NCBI GenBank assembly: GCA_964525295.1
Contig: CAZGEO010000002.1
Span: forward strand, 1,230-65,229
Direction: 5' to 3'
Origin: an uncultured Candidatus Saccharibacteria bacterium
Lineage (GTDB): Bacteria; Patescibacteriota; Dojkabacteria; GCA-002793355
DNA length: 64,000 nucleotides
The first letter of the stretch is position 1; each line of letters starts with the position of its first letter. The position numbers and the translations under genes were made by a program. Shown piece by piece: positions 47,046 through 56,979 of this stretch. The notes under the pieces are model-generated. The model was not told the DNA's origin. It was given only the letters and a program-made list of their open reading frames with translations, and searched no databases.

Positions 47046-48941
47046 CTATTTACTTTCAGTTATTGGACTGATTACTGCTTTTACTCTAAGAATGCCGTTG
47101 CCAATTTTTTCTTGTTGAGTAATTTTGAAGACACCTTTAATATCGCCTGTATTTTGAACATGAGGACCATTGCAAAGCTCTTGTGAAAAGAGCGTGTCAC
47201 CGGTTCCAATTGAATAAACTTTTACACGGTCGCCATATTTGCCCTCGAATGCTGCGAATGGAACTAATTTGAGTGCAGGTTCTCTATCCATTTCTTCAAA
47301 TGAAACAGGTAGTGAAGCCTGGATTTTCTCATTGATAAGATTCTCAATTGCTGAAATTTGTTCCGTTGTTAATTTGTCAGCATTCGGGAAGTCGAAGCGC
47401 AATCGTTCTGGGGTGATGTTACTACCTTTCTGGTAAATGTGTTCTCCAACGAGTTTACGCAACGAAGCTAAGAGTAGGTGTGTTGCGGTGTGATACCAGG
47501 TCGACATTTCAGAAGTATCGGCAAGGCCACCCTTAAACAGACCTTGTGAGGCAGTTCGTGATTTTTCTTGATGTTCTTGTACTTTCTTTTTGTGGTTTGC
47601 CCAGAATTCGTCTTCATTAACCGAAAGACCGTTGGTACGCAGTTCCTCGATAAGCATTTCTGGAGGAAATCCGAAAGATTCGTAAAGAAAGAATGATTCA
47701 CCAGTTTCATTTGTAAACGCAGTATCCGCATTGTTTTCTTGTTTTACTGCTTGATTGTTTTTATCTTGGATCTCTTTCATTATTTTTGCAACTTGCGCGA
47801 TTCCACCCTTCAAAGTGTTTCTAAACTTCATTTCTTCTTGTTCTAGCGCAGTTAAAATTGCCTCTTTTTGCGTTTCTAGCTGTGGGTATATAGGCTTGAA
47901 TTGCTCAATACAAATAGAACCAATTTCGCGCGTAAATGGTCGCTCTACACCGAGTGATTTACCGTGACGAATCGCACGACGGATGATTCTTCTGAGAATA
48001 TATTCTTTCTCAGTTTTGCCAGGTAGTACGCCATCCATCATTATCCAGGTTGCAGATTTAATATGATCAACGATTATACGCGCAGATTTCACGTGATTTC
48101 CGTTCCCTTTATCGAAACCGGTTGCTATACTCGTGACAGTTTCATAAATTGGCCGATAGATATCGATTTCATAACTGCTTTCAACTCCTTGGACGATACG
48201 GACAATTCTCTCGAGACCACCGCCGAAGTCAACGTTATGACGACCTAAAGGTGAATATTTTCCATCTTTGTTGAGATATTCCATGAATACATCGTTGCCA
48301 ATTTCTACATATTTACCACAATCACAATTAATGTGGCAATCATCGGAACACTTCTCTTTGCCAGTATCGTAGAAAATCTCTGAAGTCGTACCACATGGTC
48401 CACCTCCAGCTAATCCCCACCAGTTCTTTTTCTTTCCGTAGAGTTGAATACGTTCGCCTTTTCCAATATTTACGTTGGTTACACCGTATTTTGCAAAAAT
48501 TTCTTTCAATATTTTGATCGATTCTTCGTCACGTGGTGCATCTTCGTCACCTTCGAATACTGAACCATACAGTTTATCTGCAGGCATTCCAAGAATTTCA
48601 ATGAAATAGGCATAAGTTTGCTTAAGAGCCTGCTCTTTGAAATAGTCATTGAGTGACCAATTTCCAATCATTTCGAAAGCCGTTAAGTGCGTAGCATCAC
48701 CAACTTCTTCGAGGTCTTCAGTTCTAACGCATCTTTGCACGTTTGTTATGCGTGTTCCATCTGGATGTTTTTCACCCAGCAAAAATGGCACAATAGGAAA
48801 CATTCCAGAGTTTACAAACAATAAAGTTGGATCATTTTCTGGAACTAACGATGCATTGACGATTTCTGCGTGCCCTTGTGACTTCATGAAGTCCAGATAA
48901 GCCTGGCGAATCTGAATGTATGAGAGGTTTTTCATTGACAA
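47046..48941 (-). CDS. alaS: Alanine--tRNA ligase, short form lacking the C-terminal (C-Ala) domain
   Basis: 631 aa. Class II core (DPTLLFVNSGM, GGPCGTTSEIFYD) and editing-domain HTATHLL/CNGPH motifs. Ends about 240 aa short of typical AlaRS. Confidence 0.9.
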   Translation of the reverse strand: MSMKNLSYIQIRQAYLDFMKSQGHAEIVNASLVPENDPTLLFVNSGMFPIVPFLLGEKHPDGTRITNVQRCVRTEDLEEVGDATHLTAFEMIGNWSLNDYFKEQALKQTYAYFIEILGMPADKLYGSVFEGDEDAPRDEESIKILKEIFAKYGVTNVNIGKGERIQLYGKKKNWWGLAGGGPCGTTSEIFYDTGKEKCSDDCHINCDCGKYVEIGNDVFMEYLNKDGKYSPLGRHNVDFGGGLERIVRIVQGVESSYEIDIYRPIYETVTSIATGFDKGNGNHVKSARIIVDHIKSATWIMMDGVLPGKTEKEYILRRIIRRAIRHGKSLGVERPFTREIGSICIEQFKPIYPQLETQKEAILTALEQEEMKFRNTLKGGIAQVAKIMKEIQDKNNQAVKQENNADTAFTNETGESFFLYESFGFPPEMLIEELRTNGLSVNEDEFWANHKKKVQEHQEKSRTASQGLFKGGLADTSEMSTWYHTATHLLLASLRKLVGEHIYQKGSNITPERLRFDFPNADKLTTEQISAIENLINEKIQASLPVSFEEMDREPALKLVPFAAFEGKYGDRVKVYSIGTGDTLFSQELCNGPHVQNTGDIKGVFKITQQEKIGNGILRVKAVISPITESK

Positions 48942-49061
48942 TTATACCACCAATTAATGATTAATTTTCAATTAATCATTCCGAACGACAAAATTGATAG
49001 AACAGTGCAAAATATTTTCATTAAAACTTTCAATTGGTAATTAACGATTGCGAATTGTTAA

Positions 49062-52000
49062 TTACTTTGGTAGTGCAGGTGATTCTGGTGGAATATCAAC
49101 GTTCGCACTTTTTGCCTTTCCTGGAACAGTTGGTGGAGCAGATGGTTTTACTGCGACAGGAGTGTTATTTTTCTGTTGTTGAACAGGTTTATTTTGTGGC
49201 TGGAATGTTGGTTTATTCTCTTGTTTATTAACCGCAGAATTTGTAATTTGTGGCACTTTTGCAGGTGTTTCTTCTTTTACTGAAGGCAGGATCGTCGGTT
49301 TCACCGGTTCTGGGGAGCGTTGTGGAGCTGGTTGCGGTGTTACCGGGCGAACAGGTGGCGTAGCGGGTTGTTGCGCAGGTGTATCATTTGCCGTTTGTTT
49401 ATTCGCAGTTTGTGCCATAAATGCTGCCATTGCTTGTTGTGGTGTGAGTGCTGGCCCAGAGGTTGGAACTACTGGTTTTGTTTCTGTAGGAACAGTTGTT
49501 GTTGAAACTGCTGGAGTGATTGGAGTGGGTGAGGTGGGTGGGGTGACAACTGGTGTTGGTTGGGGTTGCACGCGAGGAGCACTCTGCTGAATTGGTCCTG
49601 AATTTGCTGGTGCGTAAGTTTGTGGTTGTGCAACAGGTCGTTGTGGCTGGAACTGTACGGGAACCGTTGATGCAGGAGTTAACGGTATATTTTGTCTTGT
49701 TCCTGAGGCGAACGATGCAGTTGGAGTTCGTAATTGTGGTGGAATTACTGGCTGTTGCGGAACGATCGGTTGACGATAAGGTTGCTCAGAATCAGACTTT
49801 CTATAGGCAAAATAAAGAATAACAGGGAGCAATATTGCGAGTAATATGAGAATTCCTAAGGCAGCATAGTTGATAAGTGCCGATTTTTCAAAATCAAAGC
49901 CAAAAATATTTATGGTATCTTTATTGGTTTCGGTCGGATCTGCAATCGTAAATGAAACTTTAACCAATTTATCTTTTTTAGCAGAATCTACACCGCTAAC
50001 TTCGATCTGGTGAACTCCTTTTGCTAAAAGTACAGCTGGTTTATAGGCAGCAGTAAGAGTATTTCCTTTATCAGGTTGAATTGTTATTTTTTCGGTGATG
50101 TCGGTTCCATCAAGTTTTATTACAATATCTTTTTTCTCAATTTGCGCATCTTTTGAAGCAGTAAAGGTAGCGACGAATTGAAAATCAGCAGGCGCGATAG
50201 TAGCCTGATTTTGAGGGTTAGTAATTTGAATCATGAGTTCATTTGCTTCTGGGATTTCTTCAGTTGGTGTTGGGGTAGCAGTTGCGGTCGGAGTGGCAGT
50301 TGCAGTAACACTCGGTGTTGTAGTTGCTGTAGCCGTTGGTTTTGGTGTTGCGGTTGGTGTAACGACAGGCTTTGCAAGAATTCTTACCATTGCGGTGTAT
50401 TGAGTCCCCGTTGCTGGTGGTGTGTGAGAATCTTTTGCTGTTAATACGAAGTAATAATCCCCTGGTGGAATATTAGCAGTGCTGACTGCCATACTACGCA
50501 TTTTATAATCAATTGAAGGAATAAGTGTTGTGCGCGCATCGTTTGGTGCGAGTGATTTCGTATAGTAAAGTGCGAAGCCGACTACTTGGTTTCTGTCTTC
50601 AACATCCCAACGAAGTTGAAAGGTTTGTCCCTGGGTTCTGGTTATTGCAGTATTCGGTTCAAAAATAGTTAATCGGGGAATATCATTGTCGGGGTAGTCA
50701 ACATTGATAACCCACGTTCGTGTTATGAAGTTTCCTGCACCATCATTAATGGAAAAACTAAAGAGATTACTTCCGGCATCGCGTGCAACGGGAGTTCCTG
50801 TAATTTGCAAGGCAATTGTAGAACTGCTTCCGGGTACATTTGTTTGAGTTACCGCGACAGAGGCCCATTGTGGCTTAGTAACGGTCTTATACTGCAAAGG
50901 ATCGCCATTTACATCTTGTGCACGTAAAGTAAAGGAATATGCTGTGCCATAAACAAATGAAACGCTTGGGGCAGATCCACCGCTAGATGCTGGTAACATC
51001 GGATCAGATGAAAAGGTTGGTGCACTGTTTGTGCCAACATTAACACCACCAGTTGCAGCTTTAACGGTTTCTATTATGTTTGTGAAGGCACTCGCGATTG
51101 CATCTTTGACGAGCTTTCCAACTGAAGCAACGGGATTTTCGAGTTCGCAAGTAAATGTTTGCCCTGTTACAGTTGTAAACGCGGCTTCTCCGGTATAACT
51201 ACCTTCGGAGAATTGGTACTCTAAGGCAGGGTTGCTATTTTTGTCTAGAATGACAGATTTAGTTTCTTCAGTAAACTGGTAATTAAATGTCTTTTCTCGT
51301 GTTCCCGCGCGGAAGAGGTCAATTTCGGCAGATTTTAAAGGTTCTGAACTATTAGCAATTATGACGAGTGGGGTGACTTTGCGGTAGTCGAGAATTCGTA
51401 CCGAAATAGCTGGAGTAAATGTGCAGGTAAAGTACGTTTCGTTGATATCTAAAACAGTAACGGCAAACGATTGTGAAGAGATACTTTTACCATCGTTGGC
51501 GTAAACAGTAATAATGTATGGTTTATCTGAAGGCTTTGGTTTTGACCAAGTAATTTTATTGTTTTCGATCTTCATTCCATCTGGAATGTTACCTTGATTT
51601 TCGCAGAATACTGCCTCTGGACAAGTTAGTGAGTAAACGATAGGGTCGTTATCTGCATCTGTTGCGATAACCTCGTATAGATAGTCTTCGGTGGTTTTTG
51701 CGTAAATTGTTGGTTCGCTAGTAAATAACGGTGACTCATTTTTTATGGCATTGCCTAATTTGAGCGAAGGTAAGAAGACTTTGTCATTCCAAATATAGGT
51801 AGATGCCCCTTCGGATACTCCAACTATTGAGACTTTTATCGGTCTTTGTTGTTCAGTTAATTCAGTAATTAAGGTCCCGTTAATACTGAATGAAATTGTT
51901 GACGAGATCGCTTCATCAAGAACACAGGTACCTTCTTCTTCGCATTTGGGTGGTAATAATTGAGCGAACTCAGAGGGTTTTATAGAATTTTTTGGATAAA

Positions 52001-52355
52001 CAAGATAGCCATTCTTGAATTCAACAACTGAAAATTTAGTTGAATCTTGGGTTATTACGCTGCTAACCGAGACGCGTGTTCTATCAAATTCAATGAATGC
52101 AGCATAATGGCGAAAGGGTAGCGCTTTTGGTGCAACAGTATCAATTTTTACTGAGAAATTCCCACCTTTAGTGACATTTTCAGAACTAACATGCGTTACA
52201 ATGTATGCAGCGTCGCTTCTTTGAAAAGGTTTACCGAACGCACGGCTAAAAAACGAAGAAAAGTTGCTGTAGCCAACAATTGCTGTTGGTAAGACCAGTA
52301 AAATCAGGAGTGATAATACGGTTAGTATTTGTTTCTGGCGCAGATTCTGTTGCAC
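49062..52355 (-). CDS. Giant surface protein with cadherin/Ig-like (He_PIG-type) domains, a TM helix and a Pro/Thr/Gln-rich C-terminal tail
   Basis: 1097 aa. Signal peptide. Repeated ATDADNDPIVYSL / RAQDVNGDPLQYK motifs. TM LINYAALGILILLAILLPVILYFAY, then ~250 aa of low-complexity Pro-rich sequence. Confidence 0.7.
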   Translation of the reverse strand: MQQNLRQKQILTVLSLLILLVLPTAIVGYSNFSSFFSRAFGKPFQRSDAAYIVTHVSSENVTKGGNFSVKIDTVAPKALPFRHYAAFIEFDRTRVSVSSVITQDSTKFSVVEFKNGYLVYPKNSIKPSEFAQLLPPKCEEEGTCVLDEAISSTISFSINGTLITELTEQQRPIKVSIVGVSEGASTYIWNDKVFLPSLKLGNAIKNESPLFTSEPTIYAKTTEDYLYEVIATDADNDPIVYSLTCPEAVFCENQGNIPDGMKIENNKITWSKPKPSDKPYIITVYANDGKSISSQSFAVTVLDINETYFTCTFTPAISVRILDYRKVTPLVIIANSSEPLKSAEIDLFRAGTREKTFNYQFTEETKSVILDKNSNPALEYQFSEGSYTGEAAFTTVTGQTFTCELENPVASVGKLVKDAIASAFTNIIETVKAATGGVNVGTNSAPTFSSDPMLPASSGGSAPSVSFVYGTAYSFTLRAQDVNGDPLQYKTVTKPQWASVAVTQTNVPGSSSTIALQITGTPVARDAGSNLFSFSINDGAGNFITRTWVINVDYPDNDIPRLTIFEPNTAITRTQGQTFQLRWDVEDRNQVVGFALYYTKSLAPNDARTTLIPSIDYKMRSMAVSTANIPPGDYYFVLTAKDSHTPPATGTQYTAMVRILAKPVVTPTATPKPTATATTTPSVTATATPTATATPTPTEEIPEANELMIQITNPQNQATIAPADFQFVATFTASKDAQIEKKDIVIKLDGTDITEKITIQPDKGNTLTAAYKPAVLLAKGVHQIEVSGVDSAKKDKLVKVSFTIADPTETNKDTINIFGFDFEKSALINYAALGILILLAILLPVILYFAYRKSDSEQPYRQPIVPQQPVIPPQLRTPTASFASGTRQNIPLTPASTVPVQFQPQRPVAQPQTYAPANSGPIQQSAPRVQPQPTPVVTPPTSPTPITPAVSTTTVPTETKPVVPTSGPALTPQQAMAAFMAQTANKQTANDTPAQQPATPPVRPVTPQPAPQRSPEPVKPTILPSVKEETPAKVPQITNSAVNKQENKPTFQPQNKPVQQQKNNTPVAVKPSAPPTVPGKAKSANVDIPPESPALPK

Positions 52356-53704
52356 TATAATCGCTTCAAAGTTATCTTGTTGATCTCTACTTGCATTTCT
52401 TCGAGATCATTTTGAGTTACACCACCTTTATCTTCGAATGCTAAAAAGCCCTTTCTAAAGACTTCTTCCCAAACGCCATAATCATAAAGTGGCCAGCTCT
52501 TCATTCTTGGAGCCATTTTAACAACAGCACCGATGTAAGGAGCTTCTGTTTGTTCAGCTGCCATATCAATTCTTGGATATGGATTGCCGATTAAGCGTTG
52601 CTTCAGTTGTGCTGCGTAGATGCGACGTAATTGTGCGGGTTCGCCAAGCCATGCCAAGAAAGCCCACGCTTCGCGTGGGGATTTTGACTCTTTAGAAACA
52701 ACATCAACCCAGTAAGAGGCAATAAATTGGGGAACATTAGAATTCGCTCCAGGGAGGGTGGGGAGGGGGATTGTCGCGAATTGTAGATCTTTATTCATAG
52801 CAACAAGGTCAATTGCGCGCCAACTTGGAGCGATCATAAGTGCAAGACGACCATTTGCAAATTCTTGGAGATCATCTTCCATTCTTGATGACCACGTTCC
52901 GAGTTTTGAAAATTCGTAGTATCTGTTGACCGCAGCTGCAGCTTCTTCAGAAGCAAAAGAAGCTTGTAATGTTCCGGTTGATGCATCTTTAACTGAAACT
53001 ACTGGAATTGCTGCCTGTGTCATCATTGTTAATAAGATTTCGAAGGAACTTCTGATATTTGCAACGCTACCCATGTTGATGCCTGCAACTTTTAAAGTTC
53101 CATTAGTATTCTTCTGTGTTAGTTTCTGAGCAGTTTTTAATGTTTCATCCCAGTCTTTCGTCGCAGTTTCAGGATCGGTTATGCCTGCCTTTTTCAATAT
53201 TTCTACATTGTAAAAGAGTACCATGCCATCAATAATTTGAGGGGCAGCAACTACTTGATTCGTTGTAGTAACCAGCGATTCGGTGATTGCAGGATAATAA
53301 ATTTCGCGTGCTTTTGCGCCTGACAAAATATCTGAAGGAGCAGCGGTAATTTTTGATGCGAGCTTAGGTAGCCACGCTTGATGTACGCGCACAATGTCAA
53401 CGGTGTTGCTCTTCAATCTATCTTCAATATCAGTTTGATACGCGCCCTTGTAGGTAAGTGCGTTCTGATTTTTGAAGGTTTGCCTCGCATATTTAATCTT
53501 TACGTTTGGATGTGATGCTTCGTATTCTTTTATTAGTTCCTCATAAACGACGGGCTCGTCCCACAGTCCGAGGTAATTGAGTTCTACGGTTGTTGTGGTG
53601 TTTCCTCCTGGTAATAGGCGTGTTACAAGAAATGCTGCAACACCAACTATTGCGATAACACCGACAAATAATAATACGATAAGGGGGCCTTTATTGTTGT
53701 TCAT
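52355..53704 (-). CDS. Extracellular solute-binding protein (ABC transporter family 1-like), signal-anchored
   Basis: 449 aa. N-terminal TM anchor and the overall SBP_bac_1-like pattern. No permease or ATPase genes adjacent. Confidence 0.45.
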   Translation of the reverse strand: MNNNKGPLIVLLFVGVIAIVGVAAFLVTRLLPGGNTTTTVELNYLGLWDEPVVYEELIKEYEASHPNVKIKYARQTFKNQNALTYKGAYQTDIEDRLKSNTVDIVRVHQAWLPKLASKITAAPSDILSGAKAREIYYPAITESLVTTTNQVVAAPQIIDGMVLFYNVEILKKAGITDPETATKDWDETLKTAQKLTQKNTNGTLKVAGINMGSVANIRSSFEILLTMMTQAAIPVVSVKDASTGTLQASFASEEAAAAVNRYYEFSKLGTWSSRMEDDLQEFANGRLALMIAPSWRAIDLVAMNKDLQFATIPLPTLPGANSNVPQFIASYWVDVVSKESKSPREAWAFLAWLGEPAQLRRIYAAQLKQRLIGNPYPRIDMAAEQTEAPYIGAVVKMAPRMKSWPLYDYGVWEEVFRKGFLAFEDKGGVTQNDLEEMQVEINKITLKRL

Positions 53705-54498
53705 TGTACTCTGTCTGCTATGACAATTAATCTTTTAGTGCCAATACCTAACGGCCAGCAAGTTAGCAGAACTGCACGTTCTGGAGTGTTTGTCTCGCCC
53801 ATGAAGAATAAATCTTCGGGCTCGACAATCCTTTTACTCGAGACAACATAATGCAATTCCTTGCCATCCTTCTGTATTGACATTGTATCACCAATCGAGA
53901 CGCCATCAAGACGTGAAAAGATGATTTGTGGATTGTTTCTGCCTGTTAATACGCCAGATATACCACTGTGACCATAAATAACCGAAGTTCCGGTATCTCC
54001 AGGTACCGCTGTTCCTTTGAGGTGGGCAACTCCTTTTTTTAATGAAGCCTCGTAGATTTCGGGAGAGTTGCCAGGAATATTTGGATCTAATGCAACATTT
54101 TTGATATCAACTTTTGGAATTGAAAGTTTCATGCCACGTGAGTAATTCAAATCAACAAATGGAGTATGGTTTTCAGCAACAATTGAGGTGAAATAGCCAC
54201 TCCCAGGATCAACATAACTTACTTCAATCATCGATTTTATAAATGATTCAGTAACTGGAACGAAACCTTTGCTGTTTGCCGAAATTGGAGCAGTAGAAAT
54301 CATTGATAATGCCAACGGAACAATCTGACTCAATATAAGAGCAATGCCTAGAAAAAAAAGTAACCCCGGAAGAAACATTTTCGCCGTTGATATACGTTGC
54401 TCTTTCTTCTTTTGTTTCGTTTCTATGGGCTTTGAAGCTTCTTGAACAACCTTCTTGACTTGTGGTTTGACCTGTATTTTTGGTAGAATCGGTTGCAT
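53701..54498 (-). CDS. Sortase family transpeptidase
   Basis: 265 aa. N-terminal TM, catalytic His region (VIYGHSG) and the LLTCWP (TLxTC) Cys motif with a downstream Arg. Confidence 0.7.
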   Translation of the reverse strand: MQPILPKIQVKPQVKKVVQEASKPIETKQKKKEQRISTAKMFLPGLLFFLGIALILSQIVPLALSMISTAPISANSKGFVPVTESFIKSMIEVSYVDPGSGYFTSIVAENHTPFVDLNYSRGMKLSIPKVDIKNVALDPNIPGNSPEIYEASLKKGVAHLKGTAVPGDTGTSVIYGHSGISGVLTGRNNPQIIFSRLDGVSIGDTMSIQKDGKELHYVVSSKRIVEPEDLFFMGETNTPERAVLLTCWPLGIGTKRLIVIADRVQ

Positions 54499-54525
54499 TA
54501 TCTAGTATATTGGTAGTAACGAACT

Positions 54526-55653
54526 ATGTCAAAATCAGGAAAAGACTTTTATGAAATATTGGGAGTTTCGAAAACCGCGTCACCAGACGAGATAAAACGT
54601 GCGTATCGAAAGCTTGCAGCAAAATATCATCCAGATCGAAATAAAGAAGCAAACGCAGAAGAAAAATTTAAGGAAGTAGGTGAAGCATACGAGATTCTCT
54701 CTGATCCGCAGAAGCGTCAAATGTACGATCAATATGGAGAAGCTGGCGTAAAAGGTGGCTTCCCGGGCGGTCAGCCAGGTTATGGAGGTTCTCCAATGGG
54801 TGGAGATTGGTCGCAGTATTCACAAGTTTTCGATATGGGCGACATGTCAGATATTTTTTCAGGTCTCTTTGGTAATTTTTTCGGCGGTTCTTCTGGTATG
54901 GGCGGCTCAAGACGAGGTAAGAAACGAGACGCAGCCGAAACTGGTGAAGATCGCGAATTGACTCTCAAAGTATCATTTGATGAAGCCAACAACGGGGGAG
55001 CTGTAACTGTCGAATATGAGCGTTACGGTGCCTGTTCAACCTGTGAAGGAACAGGAAGTGCTTCAAAGAAGCGTACAACATGTACGAAATGTCAGGGCGC
55101 AGGATATGTGCAATATCAGCAAGCAACAATGCTTGGTAATTTTGTATACGAGTCACCATGTCCAACCTGTCAAGGAACTGGACAAATGATTGCGGATCCG
55201 TGTTCCCGTTGTCGTTCAACTGGACGAGTTGTTGAGAAATTCAAATTGGATATTAAAATTCCACGTGGTTCGTATGATGGGTTGATTTTGAAATTCCGTG
55301 GCGGTGGTAATGTTGGAAAACTTGGTGGGCAACCTGGAGATTTGTACATTACCTTAAAAGTTTCTGATTTCAAGAACTTTCGTCGAGACCGAGAGACACT
55401 TTTTGGTAACCTTGATATCTCGCCTGCACGAGCTACTCTTGGCGGGCCAGTCGAAATTGAAACGCCTTACGGTAAAGTTGAAGTAAAAGTTCCTACTGGA
55501 ACGCAACCGGGTGCTGAATTAATTATGCGAAATTATGGCGCATACAAGCTTGGAACAGAACAAAAAGGCGACATTAGATTAAAAGTAAACGTGATAATTC
55601 CAAAGAAATTGAGTAAGAAAGAGAGAGAGTTGTGGGAGAATTTAATAGATTAA
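54526..55653 (+). CDS. dnaJ: Chaperone DnaJ
   Basis: 375 aa. J-domain with HPD, G/F-rich linker, four CxxCxGxG zinc-finger repeats. Confidence 0.95.
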   Translation: MSKSGKDFYEILGVSKTASPDEIKRAYRKLAAKYHPDRNKEANAEEKFKEVGEAYEILSDPQKRQMYDQYGEAGVKGGFPGGQPGYGGSPMGGDWSQYSQVFDMGDMSDIFSGLFGNFFGGSSGMGGSRRGKKRDAAETGEDRELTLKVSFDEANNGGAVTVEYERYGACSTCEGTGSASKKRTTCTKCQGAGYVQYQQATMLGNFVYESPCPTCQGTGQMIADPCSRCRSTGRVVEKFKLDIKIPRGSYDGLILKFRGGGNVGKLGGQPGDLYITLKVSDFKNFRRDRETLFGNLDISPARATLGGPVEIETPYGKVEVKVPTGTQPGAELIMRNYGAYKLGTEQKGDIRLKVNVIIPKKLSKKERELWENLID

Positions 55654-55656
55654 TAA

Positions 55657-55724
55657 TTAATAGTTAATTGATATTTGTGAATTTTATTACCTGCTTTCTT
55701 TGTATATTACATATTAACTATTAA
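55657..55724. promoter_or_regulatory. Second inverted pair of the 11-bp motif (TTAATAGTTAA at 55657-55667; TTAACTATTAA at 55714-55724) between dnaJ and nusA
   Basis: Exact matches to the motif pair upstream of dnaK. Confidence 0.3.
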
Positions 55725-55774
55725 AAGTTTCCTGTGATATAATTCTCAAGTAACTAACATCACCGTTTTTTCAC

Positions 55775-56959
55775 ATGGGTAATGAACTCATAACTGCCGT
55801 CAATCAAATTTGCGCAGAACGCGGTCTCGATCCAAACATAATATTCGTTGCATTGCAGAACGCAATTGCCGAAGCATATCAAAAAGAAAATGGCGAAAAT
55901 GCCAAAGTAAAGGTCGAAATTGATAGACTTACCGGGCAGTTTCACTTGTATGTTGTAAAAGAAGTTGTAAAGAAAGTTGAAGATGAGAAGTTAGAGCTTT
56001 CGCTTGCAGACGCAAAGAAATTTTCAAAGGACGTAAAAGTAGGCGATGAACTAGAAATTGAAATTCCAGTAGGATCACTCGGTAGAATTGCAGCACAGGT
56101 TGCTAAGCACGCAGTATTGGGTAAGATTCGTGATGCTGAACGCGAAGCTGTGGTTCTCTTTTATCAGGACAAACTTGGTGAAATCGTCAGTGGAAAAGTT
56201 CAAGGCGTTCGAGCAAATCTCGTATTGGTTGAACTCGAAAAAGGTGTTGGTGAAATGCCAGAAGAAGAGCAAATTAAGAATGAATTCTACGAAATTGGTA
56301 AGCGCTATCGTTTCTTTGTTAAAGAACTTATCAATGAAGAGAATAATAGACACGTTGTGCTTTCACGTGGTGACAATGGCTTTATTAAGGCATTGTTCGG
56401 TATGGAAGTTCCAGAAATTATGAATGATCAAGTCGAAATTAAAGGAATTGCGCGTCTTCCTGGTCAGCGAACTAAAGTCGCTGTTGCAGCCAACGTTGAT
56501 GGCTTAGATCCACAAGGTGCATGTATTGGGCAAAGAGGAATGCGAATTAATGCAATTTTGAATGAACTTGGTGAAGAGAAAGTAGATGTTGTTAAGTGGG
56601 ATCTCGATATTGTTGAATATATCAAGAATGTTCTTTCTCCAGCTCAAGTTTTACGCGTTGTGTATAACCACGATGCTGGTTCAGCTGTTGTAATTGTTGC
56701 CGAAGATCAGCTCTCTCTCGCAATTGGAAAAGAAGGAACAAACGTCCGACTTGCTTCTCAATTAACAGGAGTCGAATTAAGCGTTGTTCCTGAAGGAACA
56801 GAAGTTGCTGAAGTTGTTGAAAAACCAGCAAAGAAAGCACCAGTAAAGCGAGTAACGAAAGTTGCAAAAGTAGAGAAGACAGAAAAGGTAGAAAAACCAG
56901 CTAAAAAAACTCCAGTCAAAAAGACTGTCGCTAAGAAAGCTGTAGCAAAAAAGAAATAA
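55775..56959 (+). CDS. nusA: Transcription termination/antitermination factor NusA
   Basis: 394 aa. N-terminal domain, S1 and tandem KH domains, Lys-rich C-terminal tail. Confidence 0.9.
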   Translation: MGNELITAVNQICAERGLDPNIIFVALQNAIAEAYQKENGENAKVKVEIDRLTGQFHLYVVKEVVKKVEDEKLELSLADAKKFSKDVKVGDELEIEIPVGSLGRIAAQVAKHAVLGKIRDAEREAVVLFYQDKLGEIVSGKVQGVRANLVLVELEKGVGEMPEEEQIKNEFYEIGKRYRFFVKELINEENNRHVVLSRGDNGFIKALFGMEVPEIMNDQVEIKGIARLPGQRTKVAVAANVDGLDPQGACIGQRGMRINAILNELGEEKVDVVKWDLDIVEYIKNVLSPAQVLRVVYNHDAGSAVVIVAEDQLSLAIGKEGTNVRLASQLTGVELSVVPEGTEVAEVVEKPAKKAPVKRVTKVAKVEKTEKVEKPAKKTPVKKTVAKKAVAKKK

Positions 56960-56979
56960 GTTGATACGACCAAGTACCT

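Noticed and set aside
49320-50444. Cys/Trp/Arg-rich small ORFs opposite the 1097-aa surface protein gene
   Set aside because: The composition is a mirror artefact of the Pro/Thr/Gln-rich sense strand. No independent signals.
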